A stretch of 64,000 nt of DNA, taken from the IMG/VR virus record IMGVR_UViG_2898133256_000001, positions 1 through 64,000 of that record. One strand, written 5' to 3'. The notes under the pieces were generated by a model. The model was not told the origin of the DNA. It worked only from the letters and a program-made list of their open reading frames with translations, and did no database searches. This document shows positions 54,081-63,008 of the stretch, one piece after another. Each line of letters starts with the position of its first letter. Position 1 is the first letter of the stretch. The DNA comes from a virus. Taxonomy: Duplodnaviria; Caudoviricetes. The translations under genes were made by a program, and so were the position numbers.

Positions 54081-56583
54081 GCGGGGGGCGCTGCGAGGCG
54101 CGGGCGGGGGAAGCGGAGGGAAGGGCGGAGGCGACGCCCAGCGCTCGCCTGTGGAGTCCCCGGACACGCTGAAGTCCGCCGCGCACGCGCGCGTGCTGGA
54201 CGTGTTGTGCGAGGGGGAAATCGAAGGACTCGTCGGTGGGCTGAAGGGCGTCTTCCTGGACGGCGTCCCGGTTCACACCATCAACGACGCGCCCAACTTC
54301 CGCGACGTCACCGTGTACGACGTCCCGGGCACCCAGGGGCAGGAGTACATCCCTGGCTTCACCGCGGCGGAGGCGGAGTTCAACGTCAACGCGGAGGTGA
54401 AGAAGAACCTGCCGGCCGTCCGCACCATCTTCGATGCGGAGGTGGACGCGGTGCGCGTCACGCTGCAGGTGCCGCAGTTGACGTTCCAGCACCCCGAGAC
54501 GGGGGACTTGCAGCCGTCCACCCTCAACGTCGCCATCGACGTGCAGAGCAACGGCGGTGGTTGGGTGGAGCAGGACCTGCAGGGCGCGGGCGTCATCCGA
54601 GGGAAGTGCACCAGCCCCTACGAGAGGACGTACCGCGTGGAGCTCACCGGCAGCCCGCCGTGGGACATCCGCGTGCGGCGCCTCACGCCGGACTCCGACA
54701 CCGTCGCCCTCCAGAACCGTACGTTCTGGAAGTCCTACGCGACGTTGATTGACGAGAAGCTGAGCTTCCCGAACACCGCCATCGTGGCCCTCGAGGTGTC
54801 GGCCCGGCAGTTCGGCAGCGTGCCCACGCGCAGCTACCGGATTCGCGGGCTGAAGGTGAAGGTGCCCAGCAACTACAACCCAGCGACGCGCGAGTACTCG
54901 GGTACGTGGGACGGCACCTTCCAGGTGGCGTGGACGGACAACCCGGCGTGGTGCCTGTACGACTTGTTGACGACGAAGCGGTACGGCCTGGGGCGCTATC
55001 TGGACGAGGCCCAGGTGGACAAGTGGGGCCTGTACACGGTGGCCCGCTACTGCGACGAGCTGGTGCCGGACGGCAAGGGCGGCATGGAGCCGCGCTTCAC
55101 CTGCAACCTCTACCTCCAGACGCAGGCGGAGGCGTACCAGGTGGTGGGCAACCTCGCCTCCATCTTCAGAGGACTCGTCTACTGGGCCAGCGGCGCGGTG
55201 TACGTGGCCCAGGACGCGCCCCGGGACGCGGAGTACCTCTTCACGCCCTCCAACGTGGTGGACGGCCTCTTCACCTACTCGGGCACCTCGCGGCGCGCGC
55301 GGCACACCGTGGCGTTGGTGACGTGGAATGACCCCGGCAACCAGTACAAGGCTGCGGTGGAGCACGTGCCGGACGAGGAGGGGATGCTCGACTACGGCTA
55401 CAACCCCACGGACGTGGTGGCGCTGGGGTGCACCTCGCGCAGCCAGGCGCAGCGGGTGGGCCGGTGGCTGCTGCACACCGAGCGGCTGGAGACGGAGACG
55501 GTGGTGTTCCGCACGGGCATGGAAGGCGCCCTGCGCAACCCCGGCGCCGTCGTGAAGGTGGTGGACCCGACGCGCGCGGGACGGCGCTGGGGCGGGCGGG
55601 TGGTGGAGGCCACCGCGTCGCACGTGGAGCTGGACGCGGACGTCACCCTCGAGGCTGGGAACACGTACACCCTCTCCGTGGTGCTGCCCGACGGCACGGT
55701 GGAGGAGCGGCCGGTGGCGACCCTGCCGGCGGCGCCCTACCGCGCCCTCACGCTGGCCGCGCCGTTCTCCGCCGCGCCCGTGGCCCAAGCCGTCTGGGTG
55801 CTGGCGGCGAATGACTTGGTGCCCACCCTCTGGCGCGTGCTGGCCGTCGCCGAGGTGGAGCCGCACGTCTTCGAGGTGACGGCGCTGGCGCACCACCCGG
55901 GCAAGTACGCCGCAGTGGAGCAGGGGGTGAAGCTCCAGCCGCTGCCCACCTCCGTGCTGCCCTCGTCATCCCCACCCGAGGGGCTGGTGGTGGGGGAGGG
56001 GCTCTACAAGACGACAAACGGCGGGGTGCGGGTGCAGCTCAACGCGCGGTGGACGCAGCGGCCCGGCGCCGTCGCGTACGTCGTGCGCTGGCGCCTGTCC
56101 GAGGGCAACTGGAGTGCCGAGGACCGCCTCCAGACGCACTTCTGGGAGCTGGCGGACGTGGCGCCGGGGCCGTACCGGGTGCAGGTGGCGGCCGAGCTGG
56201 GAGGCTTCACCACCGCGTTCAGCGAGGCGGCGTACACCGTACTGGGCAAGGCGGCGCCCCCGTCGGACGTGGCGGGCTTCCAGTGCACGCTCAACGGCAA
56301 CACCGTCACGCTTCGGTGGGCGGAAATCCCGGACCTCGACAGGGACATGTACGAGCTGCGGTATGGGGGCTCGAGCTGGGAGACGGCCTCCCTCATCGCC
56401 AAGGTGCGCGCCACCTCCTTCGAGTGGGCCCTGCCGGCGCTCGGCGTCAACCAGGTGGTGCGCCTCAAGGCCATCGACACCACCGGGAACTACTCCACCA
56501 ACGCAGTCAGCCTCACGGTGGTGGCGGCGCCCACGGTGCCGTCCTCCATCACCATGACGGTGTCCTCGACGCCGCCGGCCTAG
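54064..56583 (+). CDS. Lambda gpJ-like tail tip/host specificity protein (ends after FN3 domains)
   Basis: EGEIEG, W.IRVRR.T.D, GLKVKVPSNYNP, WDGTF..AWTDNPAW, EPRFTCN, GCTSRSQA.R.GRW. Confidence 0.95.
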   Translation: MTKHLERGALRGAGGGSGGKGGGDAQRSPVESPDTLKSAAHARVLDVLCEGEIEGLVGGLKGVFLDGVPVHTINDAPNFRDVTVYDVPGTQGQEYIPGFTAAEAEFNVNAEVKKNLPAVRTIFDAEVDAVRVTLQVPQLTFQHPETGDLQPSTLNVAIDVQSNGGGWVEQDLQGAGVIRGKCTSPYERTYRVELTGSPPWDIRVRRLTPDSDTVALQNRTFWKSYATLIDEKLSFPNTAIVALEVSARQFGSVPTRSYRIRGLKVKVPSNYNPATREYSGTWDGTFQVAWTDNPAWCLYDLLTTKRYGLGRYLDEAQVDKWGLYTVARYCDELVPDGKGGMEPRFTCNLYLQTQAEAYQVVGNLASIFRGLVYWASGAVYVAQDAPRDAEYLFTPSNVVDGLFTYSGTSRRARHTVALVTWNDPGNQYKAAVEHVPDEEGMLDYGYNPTDVVALGCTSRSQAQRVGRWLLHTERLETETVVFRTGMEGALRNPGAVVKVVDPTRAGRRWGGRVVEATASHVELDADVTLEAGNTYTLSVVLPDGTVEERPVATLPAAPYRALTLAAPFSAAPVAQAVWVLAANDLVPTLWRVLAVAEVEPHVFEVTALAHHPGKYAAVEQGVKLQPLPTSVLPSSSPPEGLVVGEGLYKTTNGGVRVQLNARWTQRPGAVAYVVRWRLSEGNWSAEDRLQTHFWELADVAPGPYRVQVAAELGGFTTAFSEAAYTVLGKAAPPSDVAGFQCTLNGNTVTLRWAEIPDLDRDMYELRYGGSSWETASLIAKVRATSFEWALPALGVNQVVRLKAIDTTGNYSTNAVSLTVVAAPTVPSSITMTVSSTPPA

Positions 56584-56594
56584 CGGGACTCACC

Positions 56595-58697
56595 ATGCGC
56601 TCACGCGAGCAGGAAATGCAGGGCGGCATTGTCGAGGACGGAGAGCCGGGCCAGCCGCGCCCGCGCGTCATCAAACCGAAGTACCTCGACATCCGCTGGA
56701 CGCATGAGGAGACGCTTCCCGCCCACCTCCTGGAAGGCTTCCAGGTGGCAGTCTTCACGGGGAACGACCCGAACAACGCTGACGCCTACCTCGTTGAGCC
56801 CAAGCGCGTAGGGCCTGCGGAGCGCCGCGTGGTGGTGACGCTGCGGGTGACGTCCACCACGAGCGCGAAGTGCGCGGTGCAGGCTCTCTACGCCAACGGC
56901 AACCAGGGAAGCTGGAGGGTGCTGGGCGGCACCGTGGTGGCGGACCCGGATACCCTCACGGTGGCGACGCAGACGCTGTCCAACGTGCCCGACGGCAGCG
57001 TCGACACCGGCCTCCTGAGCCCGGGGGCGGTGACGTCCAGCAAGGTGGCGCCGGCCGCCATCGCCACGCAGCACCTGCTGCTGCCGCCCTCGGACAACCT
57101 GGTGCCCAACGGCTACGGCGAGGCGGGCACCGCTGCGCTGGGGAACTCTCCGGAGGGGGACTTCCTCGTGGAGGAGCCGGCCAACGCGAAGGAGGGCCGG
57201 TGGTGCCGCAGGGTGCCTCTCAACGCGGCCGGGTACCGCACCGCTGTCTGGACGAAGCGGATTTCCTGCGCGGCGGGCGACGAGTTCTCCGCGGAGGCGT
57301 GGTTGAAGTCGTCCGCGCCGCTGTCGGGCAACCAGGGGGGAGGGCTGTACTTCTTCTGGTTGGACGCCTCGGGCAACTACGCGGGTGCCAACACCCTCAC
57401 GGTGGTGTCGGGACTCACCACCGCGTACCAGCGGTACAAGGTGAAGGGGGCGTGCCCGGCCGGGTGCACTGGCCTCCTGCTCGTCTGGGAGCTCAACGCG
57501 GCCGCCGCGGATATCGGCAAGGCGGTGTACCTGGACGCCATCAGCTTGCGGAAGTCGGTGACGTTCGACTTGCTGAGCGCCAACACGTTGCAGACGTCCA
57601 ACTACGCGGAGGACGGCAGCGGAGTGCCCGTCGCGGGCGCGAAGCTGGACAACGTGGGCGTGGCGCTGAAGGTGGCCAGCCAGAATCTCCAGGTGGGCCG
57701 CTACCCGCTCGAGGCGCTCTTCTACAAGGGGCTGGTGACGTTGGACGGGCCGGGGCCCGGCAACCGCTGCTTCTATCGTGGCAACAACCAGGGCGCGGTG
57801 CGCGGCGGCGCGCCCAACATCGACCGCGTGCGGGTGGAGTGCGCGGACAACATCACCACCGCGTCCCTCTCCTGGGCGACGTGGCAGATCTTCCTCCAGC
57901 CCCAGGCGCTGGACGACAACTTCGACGCCATGAGGTACGCGCGCGTGGAGCTGTGGGTGCGGCCGACTGCTGGAAGTGCATTCCGTCACCAGGTGCTGCA
58001 CGTCGCGCTGACGGACAGGGTGTACCGGGACGCCACCGAGTCCTCGGCGAACAATGAGGGCCGCGCGAGCTGGAGCTACATGTTCTCGGGCTCGGCATCC
58101 GCACTCAGCACCTCGGCGACGTCCGTCTGGTACCTGCTGGTGTCCGTCGTCAACGCGTACGGGGCGAGCGCCTCGAAGTGGTTCGTGCCGGCCGCCGGCC
58201 GCAACGCGGCCTTCGCCTCCCAGTACAACTCGCCGGTGGGTGGCGGCGTCGACGGCGGCGGCGGTGGCGGTGGCAGCGACGGGGGCGGGTACTGCCCCGC
58301 GCCGTGGGAGCCCATCCTCATGGAGGACGGGAGCGAGCTGCCGGCGGAGCTGGTGCGGCCCGGCATGCGCGTCCTCACCCAGCACGAGACGTCCCTGAAG
58401 CTGGACGCCTACCAGGTGGCCGCCGTGCAGCGCGCCCGCGCGCATTGGCACCGGCTGACGCTGGAGGACGGGCGCTCTGTCGTGGCCTCCAGCCTCCACC
58501 CCCTCTTCGTCGACGGCGCCGGCTGGACGGCGCTCTCGGCGCTGCGCGCGGGGGACACGCTGCTCGGCTCCCGGCCTGGCCGAGTGGTGGGCGTCGAAGC
58601 GGTGGGAGAGGGCGACGTCGTGCGCCTCACCGTCCACGGGGCCCGCACCTACAACGTGCAGGGCCTGCTGTCACACAACGCGAAGCCCCGCGAGTAG
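56595..58697 (+). CDS. Tail fibre/receptor-binding protein with carbohydrate-binding-like domain and C-terminal Hint domain
   Basis: FN3-like start, NLVPNG.GE..CBM-like module, Gly linker, CPAPW...LSHN-A. Confidence 0.82.
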   Translation: MRSREQEMQGGIVEDGEPGQPRPRVIKPKYLDIRWTHEETLPAHLLEGFQVAVFTGNDPNNADAYLVEPKRVGPAERRVVVTLRVTSTTSAKCAVQALYANGNQGSWRVLGGTVVADPDTLTVATQTLSNVPDGSVDTGLLSPGAVTSSKVAPAAIATQHLLLPPSDNLVPNGYGEAGTAALGNSPEGDFLVEEPANAKEGRWCRRVPLNAAGYRTAVWTKRISCAAGDEFSAEAWLKSSAPLSGNQGGGLYFFWLDASGNYAGANTLTVVSGLTTAYQRYKVKGACPAGCTGLLLVWELNAAAADIGKAVYLDAISLRKSVTFDLLSANTLQTSNYAEDGSGVPVAGAKLDNVGVALKVASQNLQVGRYPLEALFYKGLVTLDGPGPGNRCFYRGNNQGAVRGGAPNIDRVRVECADNITTASLSWATWQIFLQPQALDDNFDAMRYARVELWVRPTAGSAFRHQVLHVALTDRVYRDATESSANNEGRASWSYMFSGSASALSTSATSVWYLLVSVVNAYGASASKWFVPAAGRNAAFASQYNSPVGGGVDGGGGGGGSDGGGYCPAPWEPILMEDGSELPAELVRPGMRVLTQHETSLKLDAYQVAAVQRARAHWHRLTLEDGRSVVASSLHPLFVDGAGWTALSALRAGDTLLGSRPGRVVGVEAVGEGDVVRLTVHGARTYNVQGLLSHNAKPRE

Positions 58698-58727
58698 CCG
58701 GCCAGGCGCGCCGGACAGGAGCAGCTC

Positions 58728-59261
58728 ATGTCCCTGACGTCCTCAGAGGTGTACCAGCGCAATGCCGTCGAGTCCCGCAAGCGCGACGTGTCGTGCGCGC
58801 TGGCCCGCGTGCGCGGAGAGCTCGACGCCGCGGGCGCCTCCGCCCGGCACTTCGCCACCGTCGGCCAGGGGCTCCAGGTGCGCCGCGCGGAGCTGGAGGG
58901 CGAGATGCAGGCACTGGCGGCCAGCGGCGTCGCCGGGCTCACCGACGATTGGGGCAAGTACAGCGCGCTCGAGCTGGCGGCCCAGGAGGAGCGCTACCCC
59001 GCCAAGGCCCTCGCCTACGACTGGCTGGTGGCGCACCCGACGGCCACCTTCCTGGAGACGGCGGGCGAACTGGAGCGCCTCATGCTGGAGGCGCGCACCG
59101 CGGCGGGCCGGCCCTGGCTGCTGTGGCGCGCGGACGGGCTGCTGCGCGAGTGGCAGGCCAACGCGGTTGCCCGGGGGCACGTCGCCGGCAACACGTGGGA
59201 AGCGTTTCGGGACTACCTCCTCGTCATCGGGAAGGATGCTGCCCTCGGGGGCATGTTGTGA
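58728..59261 (+). CDS. Hypothetical protein after tail fibre (possible chaperone)
   Basis: AGGAG RBS, backbone codon usage. Confidence 0.6.
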   Translation: MSLTSSEVYQRNAVESRKRDVSCALARVRGELDAAGASARHFATVGQGLQVRRAELEGEMQALAASGVAGLTDDWGKYSALELAAQEERYPAKALAYDWLVAHPTATFLETAGELERLMLEARTAAGRPWLLWRADGLLREWQANAVARGHVAGNTWEAFRDYLLVIGKDAALGGML

Positions 59262-59378
59262 GAGGCGCTGCCGGGTTGGAGCGCTGAGTCCCGGACAGCC
59301 CTACCTGAGGGGGCTTGTCTGGATTCGGCGTTCTTTCAGGGCGTTCTAATTTATCCTGGCTGAGGGTGTGATGGGGCA

Positions 59379-60113
59379 ATGCCTCTCGGCACGTGGGAAC
59401 GGACGCTTCCGGTCAGAACCTCGAAGGGGTGGCCCGAGCCCGCGAAGTGGCAGCCGTGCGCGTTCTGCGGAAAGCCAGCGCATGCTCTGGCGGAGGCGCC
59501 CGGGTCGAACGACGGCAACTCCGGGACGCTGAGTAGGAACATCCTCAATGGAGCGGAGCCTGAATCGCACCCGTGGTTCACGGGCTCCTACTCGATTGCG
59601 GCGCACCACCTCATCTGCTCGGAGTCGATGAGCGGTGATGAGGACTGGGCCTGCATCTGCTGGTACTTCGGGTACGACATCAATGGACCGAAGAACGGCG
59701 TGTTCCTGCCGTCGGTGCCCTCGGTGGCGTGCGAGCTCCACGTCCCAGTTCACCGCGGCCCGCACTTCGGTGGCTGGGCCTACGACATGGACCTCTCGTA
59801 TCCCGAGGCGGTGATGGAACTACTGGAGGGCTATGCCGAGTCGGCGCGTCGCGGGCGCTACTGTGGCAATCCTTCCGGGCTGGGCAGCGACCTTGATGGG
59901 CTCAGCGGCACCATCCTGCGCAAGGTGGCGACCGGACGGTGGACCATCACCACCGACGGCCTCGACTACCAGGCTGGGGGGAACGGCTGCTCTGGGGTGA
60001 CGAGCCTCCAGGGGAAGCCGCCGCTGCCCTGTCCACGTGGGCGGCGCCACGGCTCGCGACACGGGACGACAAGGAAGCCTCTCGCTCGCCGTACGCTTCA
60101 GGTGGGGGCCTAG
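59379..60113 (+). CDS. AHH-family (HNH/EndoVII) nuclease toxin
   Basis: IAAHHLI, YDIN...NGVFLP, HRGPH...Y; start uncertain. Confidence 0.85.
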   Translation: MPLGTWERTLPVRTSKGWPEPAKWQPCAFCGKPAHALAEAPGSNDGNSGTLSRNILNGAEPESHPWFTGSYSIAAHHLICSESMSGDEDWACICWYFGYDINGPKNGVFLPSVPSVACELHVPVHRGPHFGGWAYDMDLSYPEAVMELLEGYAESARRGRYCGNPSGLGSDLDGLSGTILRKVATGRWTITTDGLDYQAGGNGCSGVTSLQGKPPLPCPRGRRHGSRHGTTRKPLARRTLQVGA

Positions 60114-60115
60114 TC

Positions 60116-60694
60116 GTGCAGCGCGAGTACTTCGTTCTGAAGCGAGCGCGCTCCCAAGAGCACCCGCTGCTTGCGTGGGCGCAGTCTGCGGCAGCGTTCC
60201 GCAAGGGCGGCAAGGTCGCAGAAGACGTGCCTGTGCAGCTCCGCCTTGGTGAGCCCGAGCCGTCCAGACCAATCATGGTCGACCACCACAGTCTGCCGGC
60301 CCCCGTCGTTTCGCCGCGACTGAAGACGGTCCTGGAGTCTGCGAAGCTCGAGGGAGTCCAGTTCGTGCCGGCGGACGTTCACGTGCGCGACTCGGTGCTC
60401 CGTTATTGGCTGGTCCACATGTGGCGGCGAATCGCCTGTATGGACCCGGAGCGCTCGGTCTACGAGCGGTCGCCGAGCGGCGCCACGCTGATGGGATTGG
60501 ACCGCCTGGTGCTCGACGAGTCTGTTCTCGGCGACATCCCGGTGGAAGAGCGACTGGCCTTCCGTCTCGACGAAGCGGTTGTCCACCTCTTCCATCGTTC
60601 GGTGGTGGAGCAAGTGCTTTCGATGTCGCCTCCACCGGAGGGGCTGCGGTTCATCCCGGTGGAAGAGTGGAACGACTCCTCGGCATTCCGGTGA
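60116..60694 (+). CDS. Imm11/DUF1629-like immunity protein
   Basis: VVSPRLK.VL, GVQFVP, Y......I.C.D.ERS, LVLDE, FRL, GLRFIPV; 2 nt after toxin. Confidence 0.8.
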   Translation: MQREYFVLKRARSQEHPLLAWAQSAAAFRKGGKVAEDVPVQLRLGEPEPSRPIMVDHHSLPAPVVSPRLKTVLESAKLEGVQFVPADVHVRDSVLRYWLVHMWRRIACMDPERSVYERSPSGATLMGLDRLVLDESVLGDIPVEERLAFRLDEAVVHLFHRSVVEQVLSMSPPPEGLRFIPVEEWNDSSAFR

Positions 60695-60707
60695 TGCTCC
60701 GGCCCCA

Positions 60708-60956
60708 TCACGCCGCCACGGCCTCTACCTCATCTCTGGGGCGGGCCCCCGGATGCAGTTGCTCGACCAACTCCAGCGCCGCCCGCGCGCCCAGGACGGC
60801 GATGGCCTCCATCTCCGCCGCGCGGTAACCGTCCCGGGCCCAGGCCAAGAGCGTCTCCGCCTCCGGACTGCCGTCCAGCCCTGAGACGGCATCCAGGTAG
60901 CCCGCCTCTGCCTCAACCAGACGCTGCGTGAGCGTCCCCCTCTGCTGCGTGTCCAT
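60708..60956 (-). CDS. Small helical protein (DGSP family, paralog of 43812-44033)
   Basis: QRLVEAEAGYLDAVSGLDGSPEA...EAIAVLG. Confidence 0.6.
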   Translation of the reverse strand: MDTQQRGTLTQRLVEAEAGYLDAVSGLDGSPEAETLLAWARDGYRAAEMEAIAVLGARAALELVEQLHPGARPRDEVEAVAA

Positions 60957-60991
60957 GCGGGGGCTCGGACAGCATGCGCCGTGCCGGGCGA

Positions 60992-61020
60992 CGGACGCTG
61001 TCCGCACGGGCACGGACCAT
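60992..61020 (+). promoter_or_regulatory. Phage promoter-like motif, copy before lysis cassette
   Basis: CGGACGCTGTCC-N10-GGACCAT, 8 nt before ATG 61029. Confidence 0.55.
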
Positions 61021-61028
61021 GCCGTCGC

Positions 61029-61619
61029 ATGTCCCCCACGCCCCACCGCTCCCCCCTCCGCGAGGACGTCGTCAGGCTCGACGAGAAGCTGGAGGCCGTC
61101 GCCCTCCGCACCACGGAGAAGCTGGAGTCCGTTGGCCTGCGCTCCGACGAGGCGAAGCGCGCTGCTGAGCGGTACGCCGTCGACACGCACCGCCTCATCG
61201 AGGGCGTACGCGACGAGCTGCGTGCGCTCGCCGAGCGAGTGGCGACTGCCGAGCAGGTCCGACGCCTTGAGGAGCATGTGCGCCGGGTGGACGAGCGCGT
61301 GGACAGCGTCGACAGGCGCGTCACCGAGCAGAAGTCCGTCGTCGAGATGGTGCCCAAGCTCGTCGAGCGCATGGACGAGTTGGAAGAGCGGCTCGGCGCC
61401 CAGGACTCGCTGGTGAAGTCCATCCCCGACCTGTCCGCGCGCATGACAGGTGGCGAGCACCGCGCCTCGCGCATAGCGGGCGCCCTCTGGGTGGTGGGCG
61501 CTCTCGTCGCGGTGCTGGGGCTGGCGGGGCTGCGCGAGTTGGGGCGCTGGTTCGTCCAGGTCGCTCCGCCTGTCGTCCACGTCGAGGAGCCCGCCATCCC
61601 GCCCCGGCGCCGTCAGTGA
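61029..61619 (+). CDS. Coiled-coil protein with C-terminal TM (holin-like)
   Basis: Heptad repeats then IAGALWVVGALVAVLGL; precedes endolysin. Confidence 0.65.
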   Translation: MSPTPHRSPLREDVVRLDEKLEAVALRTTEKLESVGLRSDEAKRAAERYAVDTHRLIEGVRDELRALAERVATAEQVRRLEEHVRRVDERVDSVDRRVTEQKSVVEMVPKLVERMDELEERLGAQDSLVKSIPDLSARMTGGEHRASRIAGALWVVGALVAVLGLAGLRELGRWFVQVAPPVVHVEEPAIPPRRRQ

Positions 61620-61647
61620 GTTTCCCCGGTCCACTTTCGGAGTCCCC

Positions 61648-62100
61648 ATGTCCGCCCAGCGCAATGCCTTCCTCGTCGCCGTCCTCTCGCAGATGCATGC
61701 GCCCTACCGGTGGAACGGCAAGGGCGAGCGCGACAGCACCACCGGCCAGCGCGTCTTCGACTGTTCGGGGTTGGTCACCTGGGCATTCCGCGAAGCGGGC
61801 GGCCCAGACTGGCGCGCCCACGCCAACACCGACGTCCTGTGGGCGCGGTGTGCGGTCGTGCCGGAGGCGGAGCTGCTCCCCGGCGACCTGGTGCTGTACC
61901 ACCGCAAGGGCGACCCCACCGACGCGGAGCACGTCATGGTTCACGTGGGCGGAGGCGTGGTGGTGGGCGCCTCCGGAGGCGGGAGCACGACGCTCACCCT
62001 GGCCGACGCCGCCAAGGCCAGGGCGTACGTGAAGACGTTCTCCAGTCTCGACTACCGCGCTCGTCGCATGGGTATCCGACGCCTGCCGTTCCGGCCGTGA
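61648..62100 (+). CDS. NlpC/P60 endopeptidase, probable endolysin
   Basis: PYRWNG, FDCSGLV, PGDLVLY, HVM. Confidence 0.88.
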   Translation: MSAQRNAFLVAVLSQMHAPYRWNGKGERDSTTGQRVFDCSGLVTWAFREAGGPDWRAHANTDVLWARCAVVPEAELLPGDLVLYHRKGDPTDAEHVMVHVGGGVVVGASGGGSTTLTLADAAKARAYVKTFSSLDYRARRMGIRRLPFRP

Positions 62101-62170
62101 GCGTCATGGCCTGGCGCGTGGCGCTCACTTTCACCCCCGCAGTCCCCTCGCAGTCGCATGGAGTTCCCTC

Positions 62171-62791
62171 ATGAAGAAGCTGTTCATCTTCGCCGCCCTC
62201 GCGGCCGTCCTCACCTCGCCCACGGCGCTGGCGGAGGCGGCCACCAGCCCGCCCGAGCCCTCGCTGTCGTCTGTTGTCTCATCCATCCTCGTCAGCGTGG
62301 TGCCGGTGCTGGCGACCGCGCTGGCCGCTCTCATTGTCTCGGGGCTCACCGGGCTCACGAGGAAGTTCCAAGCCCAGGCCGGGGAGTCGAAGCTCGCGCT
62401 CGTCGCGGCCCGCGTCAGCATGCTGGCCGAGGGCATCGTCCGGGACATCGAAGTCACCATGAAGCCGAAGCTCGAGGCTGCGGCGGCGGACGGTGAGCTG
62501 ACCCCGGCCGAGTTCCAGCAGCTCAAGGATGAAGCGCTGCAACGGCTGTTGAAGTCCCTGGGCGACCGTGGCCTCGCGGAGCTGCAGCAGGTCCTCCAGC
62601 TCTCGGCGGGCAGCGTGGGCTTGTTCCTGAGTGGCCTCATCGAGGCGGCCCTCGACAAGATGAAGGCCGGCCGTGGTGGTTCCACCGTGGACGACGTGAT
62701 GACGGCCGCGCTGTCGCTCGGTGCCATCGGCAGCTCGGCTGCGCTCGCCCCGGCGGTGGCGGCGGTCCCTCAGACGCCCCGCGGCTCGTAG
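62171..62791 (+). CDS. Lysis-region membrane protein (signal-like segment + TM + helical domain)
   Basis: GGAG RBS; DGELT..E...LK..A, IEAA..K as in holin-associated proteins. Confidence 0.7.
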   Translation: MKKLFIFAALAAVLTSPTALAEAATSPPEPSLSSVVSSILVSVVPVLATALAALIVSGLTGLTRKFQAQAGESKLALVAARVSMLAEGIVRDIEVTMKPKLEAAAADGELTPAEFQQLKDEALQRLLKSLGDRGLAELQQVLQLSAGSVGLFLSGLIEAALDKMKAGRGGSTVDDVMTAALSLGAIGSSAALAPAVAAVPQTPRGS

Positions 62792-63003
62792 TCGCCGCGG
62801 GGCTCTCCCGTGTTCTCGCTGACGTGCCGGTGAGGACGGGTTACCTGGAGGCGCAGGCCGGTGCTTCCTCCCTCACCGGCGCGTACGCGCGGCTGGAAGC
62901 GGGCGCGAGGTTGAGTCCGGACCTGGGCCTCTTCGCGTTCGGGGAAGCGAACCAGCGCGAGCAGATGGCTGGCGCTGGCGTCCGGTGGACGTTCGGCTGG
63001 TAG
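62765..63003 (+). other. Putative -1 frameshift extension encoding amphipathic beta strands
   Basis: GTC CCT, 5-nt spacer, perfect 10-bp stem 62776-62803; -1 frame ends GAGVRWTFGW-stop. Confidence 0.55.
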
Positions 63004-63008
63004 GGCAC

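Noticed and set aside
4470-58637. Many long antisense or alternate-frame ORFs (e.g. 4470-6380, 18111-20108, 53983-55896, 56601-58637)
   Set aside because: Shadow ORFs expected at this GC content; they overlap well-supported genes and lack motifs
53652-58679. Hint modules as mobile homing inteins or an invertible tail cassette
   Set aside because: No endonuclease insert, C-terminal position after linkers, same orientation, and no invertase nearby
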